Shown: positions 47,334 to 58,586 of the stretch, piece after piece
Layout: every line of letters begins with the position of its first letter
Position numbering within the stretch: the stretch's first letter is position 1
Assembly: GCA_010356995.1 (NCBI GenBank)
Contig: ML996693.1
Coordinates: forward strand, 620,001 to 684,000
DNA: 64,000 bases
DNA from: Trichodelitschia bisporula
Lineage: Eukaryota
Direction of reading: 5' to 3'
Translations under genes and position numbers: made by a program
The notes under the pieces: generated by a model
Seen by the model: the letters and a program-made list of their open reading frames with translations, nothing else
Told to the model about the DNA's origin: nothing
Databases searched by the model: none

Positions 47334-49820
47334 ATGGATATGGAACACAGATCCAAACCACCCTACCATCCTCAGGACGTTGGCAAGGTCTCTGCTATGC
47401 TCGAGTCGCTCGAGTCCCACCAGAAGAAGGGCCGTGGCAAAGGCGGCTTCTCCGTGCGCAAGAGCACCTTCGCTCTCCCTAATGGCCGATCAGTGGACTC
47501 CTGGCGCATGCAGGACTGGGACTACAAGCTGAGAGGCCTCCCAACCTACGCTCGCGGCCTCTTCACCACCAAGAACTATCGTGGGCAGCCCGAGATCGTG
47601 GTACGCGGCTACGACAAATTCTTCAACCATGGCGAGGTTCGCGACACCCATTGGGCCCACGTGCAGGCCCATACGCGTGGCCCGTATGAACTGAGCGTCA
47701 AGGAAAATGGCTGCATCATTTTCATTGCCGGCCTGGATGATGAATCTCTCATCGTTTGCAGCAAGCACTCCACTGGCGACCGTGGCGATGCTGAGCTTAG
47801 CCATGCCGTCGCTGGGGAGCGTTGGGTTGAGAGGCATCTCCAGAGCGTCGGCAAGACCAATGCCGATTTGGCCCGCAAGCTGCGTGAGATGAATGCCACG
47901 GCGGTGGCAGAGTTGTGCGATGATTCCTTCGAGGAGCATGTTCTCCCATACAACCCTGAAGTCGCCGGTCTCTACCTCCACGGCATCAATCTGAACCTCC
48001 CGGAGTTTGTCACCTACCCGGGGAATCTCGTGGAAGAGTTCGCGGACGAGTGGGGTTTCAAGAAGACCATGTATACCATGGAGAAGGACATCATGGAAGC
48101 TAAGAAGTTCCTCGACAGCGTCGCGGAAACCGGAGTCTACAATGGGCGCGAGACGGAAGGCTTCGTCGTTCGGTGCCAAGCTCGGGCCTCTCCAGATACT
48201 CCGTGGTACGACTGGTTCTTTAAGTACAAGTTCGAAGAGCCCTACCTTATGTACCGCCAGTGGCGGGAATGCACCAAGGCAATGATCTCGGGCCGGACCC
48301 CTCGCATCAAAAAGCACAAGCAGATCACAGAACAGTACCTGCTCTATGCTCGGCGCCGCCTGGCGGAAAACCCCAACCTCGGCAAGCTGTATAACCTTAA
48401 CCACGGCATCATATCCCTTCGCAACGACTTTCTGGCGTCTCGAGGGCTCAAGGGTTCCGATGTCATCAGGCAGGAGATTGAAAACGGCGAAGGGCCTGGA
48501 GACGTTACCCGCAACGTAGTACTTGTCCCCATTGCCACCATTGGCTGTGGAAAGACCACCGTCGCTCTTGCTCTCAACAAGCTCTTCAAGTGGGGTCACT
48601 TCCAGAATGACAATATCACAGGCCGTGGGAGTCGACCCCTGAGGTTTGCTACTGCGGTGTGCGATCAGCTGGCGGCTGCGCCAGTAGTCATTGCGGACAG
48701 GAACAACCATCAGCGCCGCGAGCGTGACCAATTGATCAAGGACGTGTCGAAAATGATCCCGAATGCGACCTTCGTGGCCCTGCATTGGGTCCATGAGCGT
48801 AGAAACCTGGACGAGGTTCTTCAGGCAATGCAAGATCGTGTGTTCACCCGTGGTGATAACCACCAGACTATCCAGGCAGGGACCAACTCCCGCGAGGAAG
48901 TCACCGGCATTATGAAGGGCTTTTTGCAAAGGTTCGAGCCTTGCGATACTGAACGCGAACCTGATAGCAACTTTGACTTGGTCATCGACCTGCAGCCTAC
49001 TGCACCCTCGCGCGAAAACCTTGAAATCATTGTTTCTCGCCTCAACTCCGAATACCCAACCATTTTTGACAACATGCCGACAGCTTCCGACCTTGATGAA
49101 GCGATCGAACAGGCTCTCAATGAGTACACCCCAGACATCAAGCACGAGCTTCAATTTGGCAAGGCGAAGCGCAGCAACGAGCCCAAGCGCGATAGGAACC
49201 AGCCCAAGGGTCAGGCTGCAGGCAGGAAGGCAGTGAAGGAGCCGAAGGTGGAGTTCTTTGCCGCTCGCGTGTCCACTCAGCGCGTTCAGGAAGTTCTCGA
49301 CAGGCTCTTTGTCAGTAAGCCATCCGACGTGGCACGCTTCTACAATCAACTCAAAGGTACTCGGCGCATGCAGTCCGAGTTCCATGTCACCCTTGTACAT
49401 CGTCTTTCAGCTGGCCAGGACCCTGGACAGTGGGAGCAGCTGTGTGCGCTGCACCAGCCCGCCTTTGGGCCGTTGTGGGAGCAGGAAAAGATATCCAACT
49501 CTCCTCATCCCCCGGAACCGGGTTTAGGGCATTGCCGGGTGCAGTTGGAGCGTGTTATTTGGGACGACAGAGTTATGTGTTTCGTTGTGCGTCTCATCAA
49601 CGACTCAGAAAGCGCTGCTCGTCTCTTCAAGACCGTCAATCGGGTTGCGCATATCACCGTTGGGACAGCGAGCCCCTCCATCAAGCCAGTTGAGAGCAAT
49701 GCGTTGATCGACCGGTGGCTCCAGAACGGGGGCGATTCTAATTCCGGAGTCATGGAAGCTGAGCTGTCAAGCCCTGCACTGCTCGACGCCAACGTGGTTG
49801 GTGTCCTTCAGAGGCTCTAA
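47334..49820 (+). CDS. TRL1: Fungal tRNA ligase (adenylyltransferase-kinase-cyclic phosphodiesterase)
   Basis: Intronless 828-aa ORF. Ligase motifs KENG, EGFVVR, FFKYK; kinase P-loop IGCGKTT; 2H-CPD motifs HVTL and HITV. Confidence 0.95.
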   Translation: MDMEHRSKPPYHPQDVGKVSAMLESLESHQKKGRGKGGFSVRKSTFALPNGRSVDSWRMQDWDYKLRGLPTYARGLFTTKNYRGQPEIVVRGYDKFFNHGEVRDTHWAHVQAHTRGPYELSVKENGCIIFIAGLDDESLIVCSKHSTGDRGDAELSHAVAGERWVERHLQSVGKTNADLARKLREMNATAVAELCDDSFEEHVLPYNPEVAGLYLHGINLNLPEFVTYPGNLVEEFADEWGFKKTMYTMEKDIMEAKKFLDSVAETGVYNGRETEGFVVRCQARASPDTPWYDWFFKYKFEEPYLMYRQWRECTKAMISGRTPRIKKHKQITEQYLLYARRRLAENPNLGKLYNLNHGIISLRNDFLASRGLKGSDVIRQEIENGEGPGDVTRNVVLVPIATIGCGKTTVALALNKLFKWGHFQNDNITGRGSRPLRFATAVCDQLAAAPVVIADRNNHQRRERDQLIKDVSKMIPNATFVALHWVHERRNLDEVLQAMQDRVFTRGDNHQTIQAGTNSREEVTGIMKGFLQRFEPCDTEREPDSNFDLVIDLQPTAPSRENLEIIVSRLNSEYPTIFDNMPTASDLDEAIEQALNEYTPDIKHELQFGKAKRSNEPKRDRNQPKGQAAGRKAVKEPKVEFFAARVSTQRVQEVLDRLFVSKPSDVARFYNQLKGTRRMQSEFHVTLVHRLSAGQDPGQWEQLCALHQPAFGPLWEQEKISNSPHPPEPGLGHCRVQLERVIWDDRVMCFVVRLINDSESAARLFKTVNRVAHITVGTASPSIKPVESNALIDRWLQNGGDSNSGVMEAELSSPALLDANVVGVLQRL

Positions 49821-49970
49821 ATGGGAAAAATTCAAGTAGTGGGACTAAATGAAGACATTCTAGCCGCCCACATGTTGTGATGTATCGTAGTCATGGCATA
49901 GAGCAGCCCGAAATATATTTTGCTGGATAGTAAATAAAACTGCCGTGACTCCTTTCCCCACCTCACATCC

Positions 49971-50993
49971 CTACATCATTGGGGCACCTGACCTCTCCTT
50001 ACTGCCAGCGTATGGATAATAAGCGCCTCCAAACTCCAAAGCAGCTCCTTCAAAGTGATCTCGCCTCATTGATCGCCATGACCCAAACCATGTTCTTTGG
50101 AACACCTCAACGTCAAGTGCCGCCTCGAAGCTCTCCGCCAAAAAGTTTTCGCGGTGCCCGTCAGGGAATGGAGAGCTCAAGCTGAAGAAAGAATCATCGG
50201 GTGCTTGAACGTAAACAACGAGCTTTTGCCGGAAAGACTGAACAATCATCGAAACTCGCCGAGCATGCCAATCAATTTTTACTGACATGAATGGGGACCA
50301 TCCCCAAATTGCAAGGCAAAAGGGAGGTGCGAAGTTGATTTGCAAACCATCACTCTGATACCCGAGAAGGAACGCTTCCATACCGAGAATGCTGCCGCCG
50401 GCGCAGCAAAAGCCACGAAACCCTTTTCGTGCCTGGACCCATATGTGAGCATCAGGGAAGCTTTGAGCCCAGTTCTTTTCCTGATGGACGACAGCCATGC
50501 CTTGGGTATCCGCCTCTGGCAAACCAGCGATGGAAGGGATAGACAAGGAGAACTCGCACTCGGACGCAACCGAATGGACATGCCAGTGAAGCGGGAGAGG
50601 TAGATGCGCAAGCCACCCTTCGGGACTCTTTTGATGCTTTGACCAAGGCGTACGAGTTTTTGTTGTTGCATGTAGCGAAAACTCTGCGCTGTCTAAAGAG
50701 TATTCCATGGTGGAGTCTGCCGAACAAGCGACATATCCGATGCCAGGAATGAGTAGGCGGAAGGCATTGTTCGATCCCGTCGCAGGTATTCGTTCAATGC
50801 TCTCGACCCACAGTTCTCTTTGGAAGATATTGGATGAGCCGCTGGGGACATATGTAAATGAAAGCATATGAGGCTTCTGTGCTGCTTTCGGGACGCTGCA
50901 TACAATCAAGGCTAACGAGGCCCCGGATGGGAGCATGAAACGACTGTAGTAGCCCTCAAAAGTGGCATTGAGATGTGGTGCGTAGTGTTGCAT
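49971..50993 (-). CDS. Tocopherol-cyclase-like protein of unknown function
   Basis: Intronless 340-aa ORF with FEGYYSRF, LHWHVHS and HQEKNWAQSFPDAHIWVQ. Compare the FFEGWY and EKNWG-x-FP-x-W-x-Q motifs of VTE1-type cyclases. Confidence 0.7.
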   Translation of the reverse strand: MQHYAPHLNATFEGYYSRFMLPSGASLALIVCSVPKAAQKPHMLSFTYVPSGSSNIFQRELWVESIERIPATGSNNAFRLLIPGIGYVACSADSTMEYSLDSAEFSLHATTKTRTPWSKHQKSPEGWLAHLPLPLHWHVHSVASECEFSLSIPSIAGLPEADTQGMAVVHQEKNWAQSFPDAHIWVQARKGFRGFCCAGGSILGMEAFLLGYQSDGLQINFAPPFCLAIWGWSPFMSVKIDWHARRVSMIVQSFRQKLVVYVQAPDDSFFSLSSPFPDGHRENFLAESFEAALDVEVFQRTWFGSWRSMRRDHFEGAALEFGGAYYPYAGSKERSGAPMM

Positions 50994-51431
50994 GATTCGA
51001 AAAAGGCTAGAGTACTCGAGCGGAAGGGACGGAAGAAGAACGATGAGGGCCGGTATAAACTTGAATCAAAGGAGGCGGGCATGATGAGATATGACATATG
51101 AACGATGTCCCAAGGTTGGAATGTTTATTGAATGTTTGCTGATGTCATCACCTTCTGTACTCGGAATGTGGCGAGTGCAGGGCAGTTTTGTGGCGGTTCG
51201 TGGCAAAACACTTCGAGGCTCTGCCTTGGCTCTGTGGCTAGTATTCGAGGCGTAGGGAAGGCAGTAACAGGGAGTTGGCGAAAACGCCTACCACTGGCCT
51301 GGCCTCTTGGTCTCCACTAGCCTGCCCTCTACACCGACAACCACACCGCCATCATCATCATCATATACTTACTACGAAGGCTTAACTCCCCAACTTCCCG
51401 GCACCACGGCTTCGCCGATGACGTTGTGAAA

Positions 51432-53930
51432 ATGGGTCGTAAACCAAACCCTGTAATTCAGGCGTATTTCAACAGAGGTGCGAAGCTTGACGATGCAAGC
51501 AATCGATACGAGCATACATGCAAAAAGTGCGGTGCTGAGGTATTGCCATCTCATGATCATTGCGATACGCCGTCTAGTCCCATGTAACTAATTGAATGCT
51601 TGTGCAGTTCAGAAAAGGTCGACCGGAAACTCTGAGCAACCACATTGAGAAGAAATGCCCCTCGATCTCAGATGCTGAGCGTGAGAAGTTCCGTCACGAA
51701 CTAGAGCTGTCCAGTCGTCCAACCGGCAAGAAATCGCACCATGGAACTAGCCCTCAGTCAAATGACCTATCCGGATTGGAGGCTTTGGCTGAAGTTTCTC
51801 GCCAGCATGGCCACCTCGACTACTCCCAGCAGAGCACAATGGGAGATGAGTTCCTGAACACTGACGGCCATATGGACTTGGGTGAGCCTGAGAACGTCTC
51901 GCAGTGTATGTAGTATTGCTTGCATTCGCGTCGTGGTTGAAAAGCTAATTTCTGGTGCAGTTTCCGGGCATCACAATGGGAACATTAGCAGCCTCCCTAG
52001 CGCAGGATCCATGCAGAGCTTGCTGCAATATACGTTCGCTCCACCTCCGAGTGCTCCAGTTGCGCCCATGGTGCCATCCAGATCGCTGCAGATGGCTGAG
52101 GCTGCTCTTGCGCTCGATCCGCAACTGGGAGGACTCACCCGACAGCCCGGTATTGACAGCCACTTCGCCACTTCTCACGCCTCAGGAACGAACCGCGATC
52201 AACAACTGAACATTGATGGGCGTAACCAGGGCGCAACCTTCAGTAGCTACTTGAGCCAGGCGACTCTTGGACTGAGTTCTCCGACGGAAAATACCTTTCC
52301 CCCTAGGATGGACTTTCTCTCGAATGCGCCACAGCTTGTCCCATACCATACGCCTTCTACGCTGTTGCGCGAGCCACCTCGCGAGTCGACTCCAGAGCCA
52401 AGCCCCCCGCCGATGCTGCCAGATATCTCGTCAGAGAGCCCCGCCGGGGAGGATCAACCAGTGCGTAAAGTGCGCGGAAGCTTTCAGCCGGAGCGACGCT
52501 CGGCTGTTAAAGAAGTTAGGAAAAAGGGGGCATGTCTTCGCTGCCGCATGCTCAAAAAGAGTGTATGCGTTGCTCAGCTTGCGATATATGCATCTCCAGC
52601 TGACCTGTTCAGTGCGATTCCAACGACCCCTGTGCAGAGTGCGCCAAACTCGAGACCGCTCGTTTATGGAAAAGCAAATGTATCCGCGTTCGCCTCATCA
52701 CTCTCTTCGACGTATATTCGTCAGGTATGGTACCCATGGCACCCATGGCGCCCATGACGCACTGTTGCTCAGAGTGCTGACGTGAATCCCTAGGCTTTTT
52801 TTTGTTGAATTCTCACCACAGGATCGAAGCATTGAAGCAGACTGGCGGATATCAGGAAATGCCTGGACGTATCGAGGCAACGTGCCACATCCAGGCTGGT
52901 GTCGTCATGACATTCCCCTACCTTCAAACCACTCCATCAGCGAACGAATCTCCTCTGTACTTCATCAACACGGAGAGTCCAATTATCCTTGAGAGAATTC
53001 GATTCGGCGATAAGTTGAGTAGATACGCGTCGAAGCTGCTTCAAAAGCATCGTGCGTCACCCAATCAGGTATTCGGCGTCTCAAGCTTCATGAACCAGAC
53101 TATCCTGGCTGCAATGGACCTGGGGAACAAGGCAAATCGCTGGCCGGGGGACAAGGTAAGTGGCTGTATTATTCGTCTTCTTAGCATGGCTGACACAATC
53201 AAAGTCAACCGTCGACAAAGCCCTTGAATTGTGGGTCTGCACGAACATCCTCCAATGCGGACCATCGGATCTACATGTCTTTGTCAACCAAGGCTCCCCA
53301 CCCACTGGGCCCGCTACAGTTAACCTCATGGATGGAGATGAGAGTGATCACGTCGTCATCGACGGAAACCTCGTCTTAGTGCAGCTGCGGCGGGCGGCGG
53401 AGAAAGCCTGCGAGCAGTTGCTGAAGGCCATTATGCCTGACATTGAAAAGAACCTCATTACCCGCAAAGACACGAACAAGTTCGAGACTTTTCTGGTCAC
53501 AGTCATTCTTCTTCGATGCGTTGAGATGCTGTGCTGTCTCTACAAGGGACTGGAGCGCTCCTATAGCAACCAGGAGGCCGTTAATCCATCACTGCAGGGC
53601 TTGAGCTTCGGCTCGCCTCCGGAGCAGTTGCCAGGGTCCGCCTGGCCTCTCGACAAACCCGCTAGCCACTATTGGATGCAAGGGGAGGATTTTGCTGACA
53701 TGTTGTGCAGCATGCTCAAGCTCCGCAAAATCCCACCAAAGATCATAGCTAGAGACGGTGTTCTTTGTGCAGCAGAGAGCGAGGATGAGCATGTCAAACG
53801 ATGGATCAACCCCATTGGTCTTACCCCCGACATGCTTGCTCAAGCTCGGGAGCGGTCATACGATATGCCTGATGAGTCTGGCTGGGAGTTTCGGTGGACG
53901 TCGCTGGCGCTCGTCAACTTTGCTTCATAG
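51432..53930 (+). CDS. Transcription factor with N-terminal BED-like zinc finger and central Zn2Cys6 cluster
   Basis: Exons 51432-51539, 51608-51905, 51961-52562, 52613-52724, 52794-53155, 53205-53930. Finger: MGRKPNPVIQAYF..TCKKCGAE|FRKGRPETLSNHIEKKC. Cluster: GACLRCRMLKKS|CDSNDPCAECAKLETARLWKSKC. Confidence 0.82.
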
Positions 53931-54108
53931 GGTGTGGTTACGGCGTTCCGGTCAGCTCGGCGTTTTCGGCAAAGGGCTTTACGTGCTTGGGTACGCGCTG
54001 GACATATATCTAGACGATGTATATGTGCGCTTGTTTAGATGGGAACCGGGGATAAACGTGCGATAAGATCGGAATTGAGTCATTATTGAAGGGAGATCCG
54101 GCGTCTCG

Positions 54109-56157
54109 CTAGGTCGTTTCAACTCTGATGCTAGCCTCTGAGCTGTCTATCCACGTGCCAATTCCTCTTGTTCCAGCGGTCAGCTCAATCTCTCGCGGTA
54201 TCCGCTTGTCTGCCCATCCAACCTCGTTTCGTCTTTCCTCGTCTTCGCTATCATCAGAATCCCACATGTCGTTTTCAGAAACGGCATCGTGGAACGTATT
54301 GACCACTTCCCATTCTCCGGTCTCCAAAATGAGCCGCAGACTCAGCGGAGGAAATCTGAAGTGCTTGCCGATGATACCGAGAACAGTGTACACTGAAAAG
54401 CGTTTAGGCAGTTCAATCTCATATAAGTGGGTTGCTGAGGGTTTGTCGTGCTGGACGCCAGTATCTGCCAGTCGAAACTTAAGCTTAATTAAGCGCGCGG
54501 CAAGAGAGCTGGGGTCAACGTGAACGGCGTTGCGGCGGATTTCCGGCTCGCCGTATTCTTCGCAAAGTTCAGCGTAGCGCGGGTGGCGGGCAGCAATGTC
54601 AGCGGCCTCGCTTTCGAGTGCGAGGGAGAGCTCTTGGGCGATTTGGGAAAGGTAGTAACTCTCAGCGTTGAGACGATCTTTGTCAGTCACCTAGAGAGGA
54701 GTCAACTCTTGCTTCAAAAGGGGATGCCCCGGATGTGCCTTACTGCGCTGTAATTCAAGGTTTTGAGATTCTTCAGCCGAGCAACTGTAAGCATGTAACC
54801 GTCATCCGCATTGAGTGGCTTTCCATCTGCCGTACGAAGATTCTGGAAAAGTGGGTTGTGCGCGATCCTCAAAGCAGTCATTCCAGGGAAGGCATGATGA
54901 AGGGTATCAATGAATGACCACGTGCCAATCTCATTGTGCGAGAGATCGACTTCGGTGATGCTCTGAGAGAAAGTCGGAGTCTCTGATGTTGAAGTGGCAA
55001 CATGTGAAATTTTATTCAGCTTCAGGGCCAGCTTTTGGACACTCGTCAAGCCACACAACGGCTTTAGGTCAGCAAGCGAGGTGAAATCATTCAGTTCGAG
55101 ATTGATGGTATTGACACTTTGTGGAAACGATTGCATGGATGTTTCGAGAGTCAGGTTCGAAAGCTGATTATTGGAGATGGTGAGAAGATGTAAAGCTGGA
55201 AACAAGGAACACACTTCGACAATCTGCGCCAAAAGTTAGCGATGAGGCGAGTGATGTTGTGCGGAGACAAACCTCGCTCCAGCTCAAAAGCGTGTTTTCC
55301 AGGCTGAAGTCTACGATCTTGCTGAAAACAGTGGTGAAGTAGGCCGTCTCTGATTCTGTGAGCTCAATTTGTTTGAACCGATTGCCACTGCACTGCTATT
55401 TAGCAACGGGACAAGAGAGAGGTTGTGCGGCATGCGTACTCGGCCCAGAGCCTTCTCAAGTTGGGCAACTGCTCGCATACCGAGGCAATCTCGTGCCATT
55501 CCTCAAAGAGATTACGGCTCACGTCGAGCTCGACAATCTTAGGACACACATCGCTGATGTCAGTGGGCTTATCACTGGAAGGTGAGCTGCTATTCCAGGC
55601 CCGTCGAGAGCGCTCGTCGACAGGACGGGAGATAAGGAAGCCGTCAAGCAAGACAATGCGGAGCTCTTGCACCTCAGCGAGCTGCTTTCTGATCTTCTCG
55701 AAGCCGACCTCTTCGACCTCCTTGCCGCTTATCCTGATTGAACTTGCTGGGGGTGGTGGTCCATTCACATATAAGGTCCCCGAGATTTTCAGCTCTGGAG
55801 CTGAATCGTCTGGGACAGCTTCAGAGGCGTACTTGTGTCGCAAAGCTTCAACGAACGTGCGTGGTTTGTCGACTGGGCGGTTCGGACGGACAAATGAGGC
55901 TGCCGTGGGGTGGTTGCTAAGGCCTGATATGGTAGTCCGCCTTTAGCTGACGAACTTGGAATGGAAGGAATTCAATGGCTCGTACAGTCAAAGTATTTGA
56001 CACCGGCCGCACGGCCAGCATGCTTTCCTCGGCTTGGATCGTCCCATTCGACGCCTAGCCATTGACCTTTGGTGCCCTTCACTTCGCCGATGTAACGGAC
56101 TGTGCAAAGATCACCGAAAAAAGAGAGTCGCTTTCCAACGTAGATTTCGTTAGCCAT
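54109..56157 (-). CDS. PAC2: Tubulin-specific chaperone E (CAP-Gly, LRRs, ubiquitin-like domain)
   Basis: Exons 56157-55986, 55923-55440, 55387-55273, 55223-54744, 54690-54109. CAP-Gly WLGVEWDDPSRGKHAG, VEEVGFEKI, LRRs, DRLNAESYYL..HPRYAELCEEYGEP. Confidence 0.9.
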
Positions 56158-56461
56158 TTCTGCTTTCTTCTTGCTGCCGGTTGTGTGATTTGCTGTGGCT
56201 ATGTACGGAGCTCGAGGGCAGCTCCAGCATTTAAGGCAGCAGGATAAAAGCCAACGGCGTGACTTGACGTTGATGCCAAAACCGCAGGACAGGGGTTGCT
56301 CGTGCCCGAAATGGTAAGCGCAGAAATGCACTTCTCCGGACGGGAACTAAACCCAAAGCGGAGCCTCACCTTATGGCAACAGTTTACTCCAACCTCCGCC
56401 GTCCAACTCTCATCCTACCCTTCCAACAGCAAACAACAACAACATACTCCCTCCTTGAACT

Positions 56462-57227
56462 ATGGATTACCAGGTTCGCATTTATCTTGCCTGCTATCTA
56501 CTGCGATGTCCTGACCATAATTATCTAGAATCGTGCCGGCTCCAAGTTCGGCGGCGGCGGTGTCGCCTCGCAGTCGGCCACCAACGCGGACCGCCGCGAG
56601 CGACTCCGCAAACTTGCGCTCGAAACCATCGACTTGGACAAGGACCCGTACTTCTTCAAGAATCATGTCGGCAGCTTTGAATGTCGTCTCTGTTTGACTG
56701 TACATCAAAATGACGGCTCCTATCTCGCCCACACCCAGGGCCGCAAGCACCAAACGAACCTCGCACGGCGCGCGGCACGTGAACAGAAGGAGGGCGACCC
56801 TAAGAGCGGACTGGGCATGTTGACTGCGGGCGTGCAGGTGAAGAAGAACGCCATAAAAATCGGCCGACCGGGCTACAAAATCACCAAGGTTCGCGATCCA
56901 CTTACACGCCAGATGGGCTTGCTGTTCCAGCTTCAATACCCGGAGATCGTACCTGGTGTCGTGCCACGTGTGCGCTTCATGAGCGCATTTGAACAGAAGG
57001 TTGAGGAGCCGGACAAGAACTTCCAATACCTCCTGATTGCCGCGGAGCCATACGAGACATGTGGCTTCAAGCTGCAGGCCAGAGAGGTGGATCGGCGTGA
57101 CGGTCGCTTCTGGACATGGTTCGACGAGGATAGCAAGGAGTTCTGGGTTCAGGTTCTCTTCAAGACGGAGCGCGAAGAGAGGTATGCTGCGGCGCCCGGT
57201 CTGGCGTCCTCGGCACCGAGAAGGTGA
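56462..57227 (+). CDS. SF3A2: U2 snRNP splicing factor SF3a subunit 2 (SAP62/Prp11)
   Basis: Exon 1 56462-56473 (MDYQ); intron 56474-56528. Exon 2: NRAGSKFGGGGVAS..ECRLCLTVHQNDGSYLAHTQGRKHQTNL (matrin/U1-type zinc finger)..KIGRPGYKITK. Confidence 0.95.
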
Positions 57228-58586
57228 AAAGGTTGGATTCATGCTGGACCCGATCACTGCACTCCACGTTGCTAAGGTGTGGGGGCTGTTACGTTGAGGG
57301 TCTTGAACCCCGTTGTTCTGGAGGCGACTCTGGATCGGGACGTCAATATGGCGTATGTTCGTAGTGGCTGCATATACCAGCCACCCGAATGTTCTGACAT
57401 CCCTCATCTGTCGTCGATGACAATTGTCCCTCCAATTGTCCAGGGAATCTGTGGGAGCTTGGCGTCGCATAAGGGTTCCGAGACTACGACGTTCGACCGT
57501 AGTACAAGGGACACAATGATACCATCTCTGAGCAGTATACAACTGAAAGGAGTCGGGCGTTTTGAGGAGCAGGGAATATTGCGGAGTAGAATTAGCCTGG
57601 AATCTCTGAACCACCCATCGCTTGAAAACGTCCTTGTTCTCCCTTTCCATGCATGTAGGCAAACCAATGAATCACAGACAACAAGGGCGCTTCCACACCC
57701 GGATATGCTCGGAACCATGCAGAGGCCACACCCCAGAATCCACAACGCACAAAACCCCGTAAACGCTGAATACCAGATACCAGGACACATGACCACACGG
57801 AAACTGCCCAACAACATAATGGCACGGGGAAGAGAGCACGACATTACCTCCGAGGAAATGGGCAAACATCCTAGAAATTGTACAATTCATCTCAGATACT
57901 CCAAGCCAAACCGCTAACTTCATGTGCCTGTTGGAGATGATCAGTGCATGTCCTTCATGGTTCAAAATCCAATTACAAACTACCATTGACTCTCATCCAC
58001 GTAATGACCGACTGGAGGAGCGGGGGGATCGGCTTAGCACAAAGGATAAGAACCGAGAGATGCTCAAAACAATAAACAACTGGGGACACCACACCTACTG
58101 CCATCCCGCTAGAAACCATAAAGCGGCGAGCAAAGAAATTACCAATATGTACTATGAAGAGATGTGAGGAACTGGAGGAAGAGGGGCAGGTGAGACCTGG
58201 TCCAGTCTGAAAATAAGTGATATGGGTATTATACAAAGGTATAATGTAAGGAGCTCTGCTAGAGCTCAGCGGAAAGGAAACGGTTGCTCCTGGCGTATGC
58301 CCTAACGGCCAACTTAAATCGGAAATGCTTCAGATGGTAGCCCCCAACGCCATTTTGCCATGATCACCATCCAAAAGCATGACACAGCATTGTCCAGAAA
58401 AAGAAAGGGGAAGTACAATAAACTAGTAGAAATAAGCTCAGTAGAAAAGGAAGCCAGGGGGCCGCCCTGAGCTATCTGCGCGGAGTTGTGCAGAGAATCA
58501 TCGAGATGACACACATGTGCGTGTTTGCCCAGACAGTCGGAAAGTCAGAAATTCGGACAATGAAGCCGGAAACACCAGTGCCCAGC

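Noticed and set aside
47490..49400. 636-aa ORF antisense to TRL1
   Set aside because: It lies entirely opposite TRL1 and has no recognisable motifs. Best explained as a shadow ORF from GC-rich codon bias.
56460..57662. 400-aa ORF antisense to SF3A2
   Set aside because: It overlaps a highly conserved gene on the opposite strand and has no recognisable domain.
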